DNA of 64,000 nucleotides from Octopus sinensis (Eukaryota): the NCBI RefSeq assembly GCF_006345805.1, contig NW_021831284.1:1-64000 (forward strand), in the 5' to 3' direction. The notes under the pieces were generated by a model. The model did not search any database. It saw only the letters and a list, made by a program, of their open reading frames with translations, and was not told the origin of the DNA. Positions 27,516 through 40,300 of the stretch are shown here, piece after piece (positions within the stretch are counted from its first letter, which is position 1; each line of letters begins with the position of its first letter). The translations under genes and the position numbers were made by a program.

Positions 27516-27859
27516 CTTCGAGGCAAAAATCTCACGTATTAAGAATATCCTTGATGAAAACGACAGCGAGAATATTAACAATGATGAACTCCCAATTATT
27601 CGCGATAAAGAAATTCAATTCATCCTATGATTTTCTCTTTAAAATTAAATGCATATATCATTATCGACCATGAATCAAAATTAAAGCTATTATCATATTT
27701 GACTTTGACAGAATGTGCAATCACAGATTGCACGACTTTGAATAGAGTGTGCAATTAACAGATTTTGAAAAACCACTTTGATAGTTGAAACCACATTAGC
27801 ACAATCATTAACACAATTTACCACCAATTGACAGCGCAATCAGAAGAATTTGCGTAAAA

Positions 27860-28788
27860 ATTTTTTTTTTTATATATTCACATATTATATGTAATTAACA
27901 AATAGTTATTAACTAACTAAATTCCCGGCATCGTAAATGGAAACACAGTTTCCACGTACTATGGCCAAGGAAATCCTTTCGAAAAGCCACTTGGACTCGC
28001 GTGGGTCTCCCCGTTTATGGGAGATCATGCGGCCAAGCTTTTTTAGAAAGGAAAGAGACTTTTCGCCGATGACGCCGGAAGTCTCGACGGCGATGGGAGT
28101 GAACAGATACCGTTCAGAGAGCTCCTTGTACTTTCCAATCTTCATCTTCTCGGTTTTGCGAGAGACTGAGCCAGGCTCGACAGCTGAAGAAGGAAGGTTG
28201 AGCTCCGAGAAAGTGTCTGAACACGTCGCATCCCATAACAGAGACTTGCCGAACTCAAACGGGAAAGTCGATAGGCCGTCGGGTCTTTTTCCGTCTCCCC
28301 TCGCAAGCCCGACGGGTTCGAGGATTGATGGGATCCTAGCGGCCGCGAGCCCCCTCTGAATAACGTCGTTAAGTGCTGCATGGCGTGGTGCGCGCCCTGC
28401 ACTGCGACGACAGGAAAGGGGATGTAGACCAAAACGGTCAATGACAGCACCACAACGACATTTGTGTATTTCGCAGATTTCCAATCCAAGACGCAATGAT
28501 AAACCAATTCGTAGGCAATCTTTGTCTAGTAGGTTACCGGTGGAAGGGACAGGGAGAGCATCCAGCCAGGCCCCACTCCCTGTGCAGCAGCCTGCGCGGA
28601 GACATGCAAGTCTGTGCTGATCGAAATTTTTGCGTAGATGTACGTCAAGAGCTTCACAAGAAATGGCATCCCATTGAGCTTGGATACACGGGTCACTGGG
28701 TCTTTTGTTGTACAATGAATCCCAAAGGTCCAGAGCGGCCACGTGATCAACTGGCATTTTTCGTTCGGGAAGGTTTCTGAGAACGATA
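27860..28788 (-). mobile_element. 5'-truncated CRE-like retrotransposon (RLE domain), distinct subfamily
   Basis: Reads WLDALPVPSTGNLLD..LRIGLSLRLG, CEIHKCRCG, HPLSCRRSAGRAPRHAALND, GKRPDG, WDATCSDT, AVETSG, LFERISLAIVRGN. Poly(A) at ~27860-27872. Confidence 0.9.
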
Positions 28789-28872
28789 GGAAATTCAAGG
28801 AATTTTATCAAGAAACTAGCTTGGCAGCTCGCTTCGCTCACCGCGAAGCGTAAAAATATTAACTATTTAGTT

Positions 28873-29095
28873 AAGTTTTTCGTAAGATAGAATTTATTTT
28901 CGGTATGCCTCTTTTCCTAAACTTTTTTATTATTCAAAAATAATTTTTTCAATAGATAACCGAAGGAGGGAAGACGACCTTAAGAAAAGAAGTTTTTCGT
29001 AAAGATAGAATTTATTTTCTTTATGCCTCTTTTTTCCTAATATTTTTTATTATTCAAAAATAATTTTTAAATAGATAACCGAAGGAGGAAAAACG
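28873..29095. repeat. ~117-bp imperfect tandem duplication
   Basis: AAGTTTTTCGTAA.GATAGAATTTATTTT...ATTATTCAAAAATAATTTTT..ATAGATAACCGAAGGAGG occurs at 28873 and 28990. Confidence 0.8.
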
Positions 29096-29384
29096 AAGCT
29101 GAAGAAAAAACGGTCAGCTTAAGGTAATTAATTAAATCTTTTTTGTGTGTCGCTTTTTTGGCTGCTGCTACTCTGCCTGCCCCATTTCCGCCAGTGGTTT
29201 GTCTAATCAAGGTCACTAAGCTAAATCTCCGGACTATAAAGGCTCTTAAGCATTATCTTAATTGGCTGTTAAAAAAATTAGACAGGTTGTTGCCGTGGCG
29301 GCAGAGATTTTTTTTGTTTATACTATTTTACAAATTTTTAAAGTTTTTTATTTGTTTTTTTTATTTTTTTTGTTATTTTCTAAA

Positions 29385-29972
29385 AATTCAACTGGATTGA
29401 ATTTTTAAACTCCTTAGATCCCTCTGGAATGCCGAATCATCTTTTAAAGTTAAAGATAGGCGTTCCAGTGGTTTTATTACGAAATCTTGCGCCACCTAAA
29501 TTATGCAACGGAACGAGGTTAGTTATCAAAAATTTGATGGCTAACGTAATAGAGGCGACGATATTAACAGGTAAGTATAGAGGTGAGGATGTTTATATTC
29601 CACGAATTCCGATAATTTCTGATGAATTACCATTTAGATTTAAAAGGCTGCAATTTCCTTTGAGGATGAGTTTTGCAATGACAATAAACAAGGCCCAGGG
29701 ACAGTCATTAAAGGTAGTTGGGTTATTTTTAGAGAGTGAGTGCTTTTCACATGGACAGCTGTATGTGGGATGCTCGAGGGTAGGCAGAAGAGAAAATTTA
29801 TTCATATATGCCAAGGAAGGACGGACGACAAACATCGTTTATCAACAGGCGATAGAATAGGGTTACATTAAACCAGGTAGTTTTATACATCTACATAAAC
29901 TTATAGTTGTTTGATGAAACAGGCCCTCCGCAGGAGCTAGGTCGCGGTGAGCGAAGCGAGCTGCCAAGCTAG
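29385..29972 (+). mobile_element. Helitron 3' end with PIF1 helicase C-terminal fragment
   Basis: Reads [78 protein letters not shown]-rich subterminal segment is followed by CTAG (29969-29972) and then T. Confidence 0.9.
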
Positions 29973-29974
29973 TT

Positions 29975-30855
29975 TCTTGATAAAATTCCTTGAATTTCCC
30001 TAGCATTCCGTTGTATGCACTTGTAGAGCTAATCCATCTTTTAATTGATTGATTAAACCTACAAATAAATTGACTATAAGAAACCTCTCCACTTGCCCCT
30101 GAACCCAGGGTGCTCTAGGTCGTCCACATATATGAGTGATGTTTAATTCGGAGCACATTATTTCCATGCATTTATTCTTGAACTCTTTCCCATTGTCTGT
30201 TTGCAAGATAAACGGGGGTCGGATTGAGAAGAAAATCTTTTTTAACTTTCTTGTTATTTCTTCAGCTGATTTCGTTTTTGCAAGTTTTACCACTGCAAAT
30301 TTGGAAAAGGAGTCGATTACAACAACCAACTATGACTTATTCAAAAAAAGACCCATCCATAATTGCTGTTAAGATTTGAATATCTCCTTAGATCCACTAA
30401 ATCTGCAATATACCGATCTCTAGGTCCTCTTGCAATTATGGGGGTGATAGTTGGTTTTGTTGGCATGAAATTTTTCGACTAACACTGATTAACAACATTA
30501 CTTGGCAATAGACACATTTTCCTATCACACTACAAATTTCTGTTACTGAATATATTTGGTCTCTTAGTAGCGAGAGCATTCTGTCTCTACCAAAATGAGT
30601 ATTCATATGCTCGATCTTCAATTGTTTTGAAATGGATACCTCAATAATTTTTAACTTTAGCTCACTTTCTTCTAGAGTAAAAAAACGCAGTTTTTTATTT
30701 CCGACTTTTATATACGTTTTTTTAGAAACTTTGAAGCAAAAACGATTTTTAAGCGTCCTGAGCCTTCTCCTTTTCTCTTTATCGTATATAGTAGTGGTGT
30801 CATCAAAATTTTTTATTTCATTAAGTTGGTTTGTCGTTAATTTCAAAAGAACCAT
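29975..30855 (-). pseudogene. Transposon 1 integrase, N-terminal part (HHCC zinc finger + DDE core), with tiny introns
   Basis: Reads HMNTHFGRDRM..CVYCQ, YIADLVDLRRY..GWLVVVIDSFSK, LQTDNGKEFKN, GRPRAPWVQGQVERFNQSIKRW. Introns of 23-26 nt (e.g. 30330-30352) restore the frame. Resembles the KRBA2/SCAND3/GIN-type integrase family. Confidence 0.88.
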
Positions 30856-31378
30856 ATTCTAATTGAACTTTATTGAACATCCCTACTTATTTTCACAGTT
30901 TTTAAACTTTATTAATAAAAAGTTATAGTTTTCACGCTAAAATATTTAAAAAAAGAACAATAAATTATTAAAATAATTAAGAAAATCATTTTTTCCAATG
31001 AAATTAAATATATGAAAAATATTATTATTATAAAATATGGCAGTAGGTGGGTTATCCAACCCAGTGGGCTATAAAACCGGTGACAAACTATCTTCAAGTT
31101 TAGACTAGACTTTGCCAAAATTTATCCCCAGCATCCAACCAACAAAAATTTTTTAATGTTTTATTCCATTTTTGTCATAAAAATTATCCGTTTTTTAAAA
31201 TAAATTTTAATTTTTTTATTTGTTGGAATTTTATTAACCAAATTTCCTATAATGTTAAAAAACTATGATTCCAACTCGTTCGGATCACTTTTATATAGAA
31301 TTTTGATTTAATTTTGAAAAAAATATTTAAAAACGTGCTTTTAGGTAGTCTGTAAAGTTTTAGAACAATCGGTTAGTT

Positions 31379-31450
31379 CAGCGGTTCTCAACTTTTTTAG
31401 ACTGGGGACCACTTTTCATTATAAAATTTTGTGGGGACCACCTTAAATAA
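31379..31450 (+). mobile_element. Possible hAT (Charlie-like) terminal remnant
   Basis: CAGCGGTTCTCAACTTTTTT resembles hAT-Charlie termini, with two GGGGACCAC subterminal motifs. No partner TIR was found. Confidence 0.4.
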
Positions 31451-31697
31451 AATGAATTTGTTTGCTACTACCGCACAATTTTTGCTTTGTCAGGAGCAGG
31501 TTTAGAATGTTCGTTATTGTTTTTGCTGTCTTCTAATTTTTCATTTCTTTTTGTATTTTCTTTTCATATTAATTCTTTTCTCTTTAAATCATTTCTATAT
31601 AAATCTCATTTCTCTTTCCAATCCTTAATCTCTCATTTTTGCTTCTAATCCTTTTCATATTAATTTTTTAATAGTTTGTACCAATCTCATTCTCTGC

Positions 31698-31900
31698 ATG
31701 GCTGTCTCTCATCATGGGTCCATTGCCGTTCCCCTGTGCAGATCATGCAACGTGGTTAACAAAAGAAGGAGGACCCGACTCTATTCTTCCTGTTCTCTAT
31801 TTTTTCATCTCTCTTGCGTCTCCCTTCTTCGCCACACTTTGGAGCGTATTCCATCGTGGGTGTGTCCTGCCTGTCTCTCTGATAACTCCTTATTTTTATC
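31698..31900 (+). mobile_element. Isolated CRE-like 5' fragment with a degenerate PHD finger
   Basis: Reads CRSC...(Y)SSCSLFFHLSCVSL...SWVCPAC, preceded by a CT-rich leader. Confidence 0.65.
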
Positions 31901-32429
31901 CATGCATTCCATCACTACGATTTCTGATGTTTGCCACTTCCCTGTCTTCTGCTTGTTCTCGGTGTTTCTACCTGCCCAACCCTGTTTTATAGGCGTTTAA
32001 GAGACTATCGTGATGTGATCAACTCGAGTTCCTTCCTAAGTTTGTCAAACTTCGCGTTCATCATTCCGATCCACTCACTTTTTTTTACTGACGCCGTGGG
32101 TCAGTGCGTCATATGCTCGTTAGCCACATAAAGGATGTCAGCAATGTCATGAAAATTAACCGGTCAATTTGCTTTCATAAATTCCCTAATCGAGGAATTT
32201 ATACCAGTAAAAATTTATTTGTTAGAAAGCTGATAGGGAGCTTTCCTGGTCGGCGTCTGCAAATCATGTGAAATAAAAATTTCTTTGTTAGAAAGTTGAA
32301 CTTGTCCAATTTGGGAATCACACATACGCACATTGTTGTTCTTGCTCTTCTCTAATCTTCCAGTTTATAATTCTCTAATCTCTCATTGTTGTTCTTGTTC
32401 TCTAATTTCTCATTGTTGTTCTTAAAACC

Positions 32430-32830
32430 AATGTGTTCTAGTGGTTTTACTTGTTTCCCTTGTAAAAATTCTAATTCCCAGAAGAAGGGTCGTTCTTGTG
32501 TTTCTTGTGGTTTTCTTTTTCATTTCTCTTGTATAAGCCTCTCTAAAGCCCGCTCTTTATTAATTCCTAACTGGAAGTGCCAGGGATGTCTTGTGCCTTC
32601 CCTTAACCCTCCCGCTGCTTCGGAACCTACTGCCAACTGCTTGGATTCTGAAACATTCCTTTGCCTTCTATCTTCCTTTCGGCTTTCTTCGCATGTTTTG
32701 GTGAGAATTCTAAAGTCAGCAAGACTTTCAGTCTTGAAAGCTCTTTTCTCTGTCATCTATCAAGCTCTGTCGTCCGATTCTCCTGCAGCTTTGTATAAGC
32801 TCTTCTGTTTTGCTCCCTGCTGTTTGTGTT
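32430..32830 (+). mobile_element. CRE-like 5' fragment: PHD finger plus adjacent N-terminal region
   Basis: Reads CFPC..KGRSCVSCGFLFHFSC..NWKCQGC..FLCLLSSFR..VRILKSAR..QALSSDSP..KLFCF, collinear with 24501-25154. Confidence 0.8.
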
Positions 32831-33120
32831 CAAGTTCTGTCCGTCCGCGTGAAGTACGTTGACGTGCTCAAAAAAGTCAGAAGACGAGCCATCCGGCTAG
32901 CCCATGGCTTAGGATGGCGAGAGGAGCTCTCGGACACCCAGGAATTGTCCCTCAATGGCTTCCCTGAGGTCTTAGAGAAGATAATGTCTGGGTGGCAGGT
33001 AAGGCGGTAAGTCTTAGTTTGCGGCTGAGAGGCGAGCGTCTGTGCGGGACTGAAAAGGCAGGAATGCCGAAGGTCTTAATATACCCTCTACTAACAGCCT
33101 TTTTAAAATAAAAATTTTTC
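32830..33120 (+). mobile_element. 3' remnant of a Jockey/I-like LINE
   Basis: KYVDVLKKVRRRAIRLAHGL..EVLEKIMS resembles KLEKTRRYAIKLANGL..SVLERAFS at the end of the 8005-10767 element. Confidence 0.55.
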
Positions 33121-33159
33121 GTTTCGTGTCTTGATAAGGAGTGCTGGCCGATTTCCGCG

Positions 33160-33450
33160 CTATGCTTTACTCAGTAAAGTGGTTAAGAAGGCTTTTAATT
33201 CCGCGGGATTTCCGTCTATCCTGGAACCGGTTGATTTCTTTTAGGGTGATGGAAAACGTCCCGACGACATGACTACATTCCTATTCAGGGAAGGTAGGTC
33301 TCTTATTTGGGACGTGACCTGTGTGGATTCCCTGTCGGAAACATTGTTGTGCAGGACGGCATGTTCACAAGGGTATGCGTGCGCGCTTGCGGAAAAAGAA
33401 AATTTTAAAGTACGCTCAGCTTTCGGAGGCCTATGAGTTTGCTCTCTTTA
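33160..33450 (+). mobile_element. Degenerate CRE-like RLE fragment
   Basis: Reads KKAFNSAGFPSILEPV..GDGKRPDDMTTF..GRSLIWDVTCVDS. Confidence 0.75.
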
Positions 33451-33559
33451 CTCAACAACTAGTCTCCTAGATTTAGTTCCTCACTGATGATTTTAAAACT
33501 CAAATCACGCCGAAAACATAGTCATTGTTTCAATTTTTTTATTCGAAGTGTATTTATTA

Positions 33560-34387
33560 AAAGACAGTTAAAAAATGGAGAAGGATTGTTTAAGACTACG
33601 CAGGTTAGGGTGCACTCCCAGCCTTACGGATTGCGAAGCAGTTGCCGCGGATTACAACAATGGAGAGACCTTGAAGAAGCCAAAAGAACTCTCTCGGGTC
33701 GTCCCTCCTTTTGGCGATTCTTCTCCTCAAACAGCGTAGGAAACAAAGCGACTTCCGGCCGAAGACCCCAGAGGTCTCAACGGCGATGGGCGTGAAAACA
33801 GAGCTGGAGAGGTGACCGTATTTCAGGATTTTGAAGTCTTTAGCGCGATTGGAAGCAAAGCCTGGATCGACGGCAGACCTGGCTAGGTTCCCGTTGGAGA
33901 ATGTGTCACAGCAAGTGGAATCCCATATAAGGGTTCTTCCCTGCTCAAAGGGGAATGTAGTTAAGCCTTCAGGGGCTTGCCGTCACCTCTGTCCAAACCA
34001 ACAGGTTCGAGGACGGACGGCACCCCGGCAGCTTCGAGGGAACTCTTCACGATGTCGTTCAGTTCACTGTGTCGTTCAGTTCAACCCGAACTTGTCCACA
34101 GTTCCGCCACAGCGACGTTCGTGGGACTGACAGATTTTGAGCCCGACACATAAAGAGATGGCGATTCTTAGGCACTCAGAGACCAGGAGGTTCCCAATTG
34201 AAGGGAGGGGAAAGGCATCAATCCAAGCAGCGCTGCCTGGGTGACAGAGAATAAACTATGTTAAAAGCCGATTTCACGATTTCAGATTTTTTTGCGTTGA
34301 TAGATAGGCCAATGGCCGAGAGTGATGGGATGATGAACCGAAAATCGTCGAAAACGACCTCGGTTGGACCACAAATAGTGTCCAGAA
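33560..34387 (-). mobile_element. Internally deleted CRE-like element
   Basis: RT piece joined to [51 protein letters not shown] and AVET. Same subfamily as 52345-53025. Confidence 0.82.
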
Positions 34388-37300
34388 GCATTAAATAAAG
34401 GTAGTTAACTTTAGGCTTACTAACATTAAAAAAATAAGTTTTTAATAGATTAATTACATGATCAAAAACTAATAAAGCACCGTTGAAATTTATACATAAA
34501 AATAACATTTGTGATAATCAAAGGATTAAAGTACACTCAACCCTTTCAAATTGGCCATTTTTGGTTCCTTCAATTTTGTTGGCCAATTGGAGAAATGGCC
34601 AATTAGAGAATAAAATCGATAATTTTTTAAGAAACTACTTAAATTTATCTTCAAAAATAAGTTGACCACCTTCACAAAGAACACGTTTCTAATCCAAATA
34701 CTTAAAGTAATGACATGGATTTTATTAGGAATTCTATTCATGTATAAATAATAATTTATTTTATTAAATTTACTTTTTTATAAAATAAAATCTAATATTG
34801 TAAATTTTTCGTGTTGCGCTGATAATGAATTCAATCTTACGATTTGAAGCTCTTTCTGGATGTCACAACGAGAGCGTTCCTTGCTATATTCTTGACATTG
34901 ATGGATTTAACATTTTACTTGATTGTGGGTATGACATGAAGTGTAGTGAAGAATATCTCATTCAACTAAAAGAGTATTCCCAAAATATTCTAATTTAGTA
35001 CTTGCTGTAAAATCGACGCAGTTTTATTGTCATATCCCGACAATTATCACATCGGAGCACTTCCGTATTTAGTTTGCAGCTGCTCACTTTCATGCTCTGT
35101 TTATGCAACAATTCCTGTTTATAAAATGGGCCAATTATTCCTTTATGATTTCCATCAAGTTTCAATATTTTAATCTTAATGTTCATTAGTCTGTCAGTAA
35201 TGAAATTGAATTTGATTTGTATTCTCTCGATGATGTCGATACGTCTTTCAGCAGAATAAAGCAAGTCAAATACAACCAAACTGTTGTTTTAAATGGTATT
35301 GAGTCTATCATATAAAAAAGACAATTTACAGGTCATACCACTTCCCTCGGGACATATGATTGGCGGGACGGCCTGGAAAATAATCAAAGACAACGAAGAG
35401 GAAATCATTTATGCTATTGATTATAATCATAAAATTGAGAGGTGAGATATTAGAGCTCTTATTTGGCAGGCACCTTAACAGCGGCAACTTTAAAGACAAT
35501 ATTTATAGGCCACTCTTGGTAATAACAGACGCCTTTAATGCAAACTATGTTCATCCAAAGCGTAAAAACCGGGAAGAATTGCTTTTAAGTTCATTCAGTT
35601 GTTAATATTTGTAGATACGATTCAAAGTACATTAGAAAATAAAGGAAACGTGCTTATTTGTGCAGATACTGCAGGCCGAGTGCTAGAATTGATTCATATT
35701 TTAGTTTTCTAACGTTTTTTGACCATAGGAACACGCATGGGGAGTTTGGGACTCAAATTTGAATGACAAAAACTTGGATTTATCCCCGAATCAACTCGTT
35801 TTTCTTTCTAACGTAACACAAAGTGTCATGAAGTTTGCAAAGTCACAGGTTTGATTATTTTGTTAAATTTTAGGTCGAATGGATGTCTGACAAAATACAA
35901 AAATCCTTTGAAGAACATCGATTTAACCCTTTTGAACTAAAATACTTTAAGCTTTGTCATAATTTAGCAGACATTGATAATATAAAACAGCCAATGGTGC
36001 AAAAATATACTTCAATTGGAATTAGGTTGTTGTAACCAGCATGGGAGATCTTGAATACGGATTTGGTAGAACTTTCTTTTTGAGATGGGCTGGGGATAAG
36101 AGAAATTGCATCATTTCGACAAGGAGAGCAATGCCTTCTACTTTAGCGAGGATAATTACTGAGAAAACTACAGATTTAAAGAATTTATCAATAATTGTAA
36201 ATTTTTTATTCTCATTAAAGGCTCGTTTCAAGACTAAAAAAACTATTCGCCATTCACTTACTGAAACCAAAGGAAAGTTTGAAAAACAAATACGGTTTTG
36301 TGTATGTACTCTTATTTATAGAATCAAGCAGGAATATATACCATCGTGTGATGACAATGATATTGAAGACGATTTTAAAGATGATGAGATCAAACAAGAT
36401 ATTTATCTACCGGATAAAGTTATTTTTAATCAGAATACAACTACAGTTCAATAGCAGTGGATATATGCTATTTAATCGAAAACCTACTCAAACATTTCCA
36501 TTTAAAGAAGCGAAAAAAAATTACGACGAATACGGAGAAATCATTGAGTATTTTACCCATTTTCACTGTTTTTTCTAGTCGTGCTTTGTTTCATGAAAAG
36601 AAAATTCCTCACAAAAAGGTTGTTTTAAATATTTTATTAAAATTAGGATAAAATTAACGAAGAATGTTTTTGTTGGCAATATTTATTTTAGATAATATAA
36701 AATCTGAGGAGTTTGAGAATTATTATGAGCTTAACACAGTGGAGGAATATACCAGTGAAATCCGACATGTTGATGTACGGGCAAAATCACTCTTTATCGA
36801 CTTTGAGGGTAGGTCTGATGGCGATTCTATTCGGAGGATCCTTCAGCAGATTAGGCCAAAAAATCTAGTAAATATGGAATTGCTAGTCTTCTTAGATTCT
36901 CGTGCATTCTAGTACTGAGAGTGCCAATTCTCTCACTCGTCACTGTTCTGCCAATTCGCTGGTTTCTGGCAAGACATTTTCTCCAAAAATATTTGAAAAT
37001 ATTGACGTCATAAGCGATTCTTCAATGTTACAGGTTTTATTAGAAGTTTAATAGAAATTAGGTGAGAATGAAGGATTCGCTTTTAAATTCGTTAAAGTTT
37101 ATACAAACTCCTGATTCTTGCGACATTTCGTGGATTGATTGTGTCGTTGAAAATTCAGAATGTTTTAATTCTGAGGCCAAACGAAAGGCCCTGCCTTTGC
37201 TTTCTGATATTTCATCGCTTGACGTAAAGAATTTTTTGATAAGATTAATCGATAGGCAGCTCCTCATTCCGCTGTGTTTTTTAACGATCCAAAGCTTTTG

Positions 37301-40300
37301 AACGTTAAGGAAACTTTAGAACAAAGCAAGGTCGAATGCGAATTTGTAAGTGGAGGAACTTTGTTATGTGGTGGTGTCATTTCATTAAAAAAAGATGGGA
37401 CTCAAGTTATGTTGGAAGGGCCGTTGTGTTCTCTATATTATAATGTGCGTGATGTACTTTATTCTTTTTATTCTGTTATTTGATTCAGTGATTTTTTCTA
37501 TTAATTCATATTTAATTTGAACTGTATTTATTTATTGATTTTATAATTTAAATTGTTAAATTAGTTAAAATGCAATTTGCGGTTATACAATTGAGTCCCG
37601 CATCTTTATTATTAAATAATAACTGAGGCAGTAGATTGCATTTTCAAGTAAAAAATGTAATTTTGAAAAAAAGGGTTGAAAGTATTCATTATAATTTATC
37701 AAATTTCTCTTCTTCTTTTAAGGAATTTTTTAATATTTTAATTTTTAGATCTTATGTTTTAAATTTATTATTAAAAATCAGAATTTTAAACTAAAAAGTA
37801 AATATCTATGACTAACCTAATTTACGTCAGTTACGGTGAATAATTTGAATAAATTGAATTTTATCGCTTTTTCTAACTAACCATTTTATGTTTTCTCAGT
37901 CAGAAGGAGGTGAAAACTGCCTGCTTCAAATAGGAGATATTGTAAGCTTGCATCTTCAAAGTGATTATAATGGATTTTTATCGACATTGGGGTAGTTGAA
38001 TTTTAATAAAAATATGCTTTTGATTTATAAAAATAGTCCAAAAATTATTAAAAATGAAATTTAACCATTTAGATTGGTTGACGACCGATGTATGGTAAAT
38101 CCTTCATCTGGAGATTCTTCTTCTCCACCAAACAAATTTAGAGGTACATAACCATTCTTTCACCTATTTTTTAGATTGTCATTTTAAAATTCTTCCAATG
38201 AATAAATATTCAGCACAGAAACAGTTCAATGTGGCTTGTCAAAGTCAAGGCTTGGAAGAAAATAATGAAGTTTTGCTTAAAAAACTACACGTTAGACTTT
38301 TATTAGTTGATTTTAAGGACGCCGCGCAAACAGAATTTAAGCACAACGAAATCATAAACGAAAAATTGCAAGGAACAGTAGTACAGTACGGAACCATTAT
38401 TCAAGTAAAATTTAAGCAAATTAAATTAAGTTTTTGCACATTAAAAGTAACAAGTTTCTATCTTGCAGTCAGCGTGTTCAAGCACCATTAGAAAAGAATG
38501 CACTTTCAGTTTATTTGAGTCGTCAAGGAAAAGACGAATCATGGTTTGTAGTGGTTCCTCACTATAAATTGCGGTCAGTTGGCGATAACGTAGATTTTTA
38601 ATAATATAAACGAAGGTCATCATTGGAGACAATTTAATTTTTAAGCCAGTAGGACTCAATATATGCTTGCATGCAAGTAATCTTGAGCTAAAAGATTATC
38701 CAGGATGCAAAGAAGTAGATAATAACTAACTAAATTTTATAGGTCAATTGCTTACAACAAAGTTGCCCATGGAAAATTATTTTATTTTTAAAATATTCAG
38801 AAAATTCAGAAGATGTTCTAAAGGGGGTTTGGAAAAATTAATAATATATTTAAAGGGAGACGTCGTCCGTTTATTTCATGCCGAACAAGAAAAATATCTC
38901 ACAAGTGACCGATATAAAAAAACGCAATATGTTTTTCTAAGAACTACTTGGCGTTTATCTGCAACAACTGCTACAAGTTCGCAAGCTCTGTGGGAAGTTG
39001 AAGTTTGTGGTGATTCAGAAATTTATTTAAGGTTGTCAAAAATGATCCTTGTCGAAGTGGTGCTGGCCAATGGAATAATTTTTACCGATTCAAACATCTT
39101 GCGACTGGCCACTACCTTGCTGTAGAAGTCGACAATTCAATTTCATCTGACTTTAAAAATGAAAACAAAAACAGTTTTACGCTAGTTTGTGTGCCACATG
39201 GTCAAGATATTTCTACATTATTTGAACTTGATCCGACATCCCCCAGCCGTGGAAGTCTTCACGTTCAGAGGTAAATGAGAACAAATGTCTCATTCTTAGA
39301 GATTCATATGTCAGACTCTTCCATACTTCTACGAAAACTTGGATTCGAAGTACAGCTATTCCTATTGATAAAGACCAAGAAAGGCCAATTATGAACAAAG
39401 TTTATTTATGTTTTATATACTGAGGTTTCATGCACTGCTCAAAAAGACGACAAAGAAGCATTTGCATTTTTATCTGTCTCTAGACAAGAAGTTAGAGATT
39501 TAGACTTTGCCAATGATGTTTGTCATGTTTTGGAAAATATTGCAAAAAGTATGAGAATCAGATTACTTACTCAACAAGAACAACAGTATGAAAACTATTG
39601 TCTACCTTTTATAGAATGACAGAAAATATTTTGAAGGAATTGATATTTTTTATTGGACATTTGGAGGATCAATATCAAAATTTGAATGCAATTGAGATCC
39701 ATCCTTTTCGAGTAAAATGTGATCGAGATAGACAAAAATTAATTCGCGAACAAAATTGTCTTACATGGGCTTTGCTTTAATAAAATAACTTTTAGGTAAT
39801 TGGAATAATGCAGTCTCCTTTTGGAGAAAGAACCCCCCATACTGACTATTTGACAGACATTAATTGTTCTTATTATATTCAAATATGTCGTTTATGTTAT
39901 CGATTAATTAACCTTTCTCAACACAATTATCGGAAAAATCAAGTTTTCATTTTTATTCTAAAAAATAAACCAGGAATGGATTGCTATGAACATTAGTTTT
40001 ATGCAGTCACAAATAGGCCATGGAGTCTATGCTGAAGATACAATAACTTTAATTCTACACAACAACGTGAAACTATTAAAAAATTTGATTAAAAGTCGTG
40101 AAATAGAAACTTTCATAATGCTAGCTCGTCAGAAAAAATCATACAAGTTTGTTAACTATTCATCATTATTAGATTTCTTGACTACTTATCTTCTCTTTGT
40201 ATATCAAATAATGTTGCAATACCAGAAACTCAAGAATTGATTTGTAAATGTTTGTTAACCGAGAGCAATAAGGATATTTTAATTCAAACAACGTATTAGA

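Larger units (their letters stand above)
28789..29999. repeat. Perfect 58-bp inverted repeat (28789-28846 and 29942-29999)
   Basis: GGAAATTCAAGGAATTTTATCAAGAAACTAGCTTGGCAGCTCGCTTCGCTCACCGCGA and its exact reverse complement. Confidence 0.92.
25511..31085 (-). mobile_element. Ginger/TDD-like DDE-integrase DNA transposon 1, containing nested insertions
   Basis: 40-bp TIRs starting TGTCACCGGTTTTATAGCCCAC (25511-25550 and 31046-31085, 3 mismatches) with a 5-bp TSD AACTA (25506-25510, 31086-31090). Contains an internal retroviral-type integrase gene. Confidence 0.88.
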
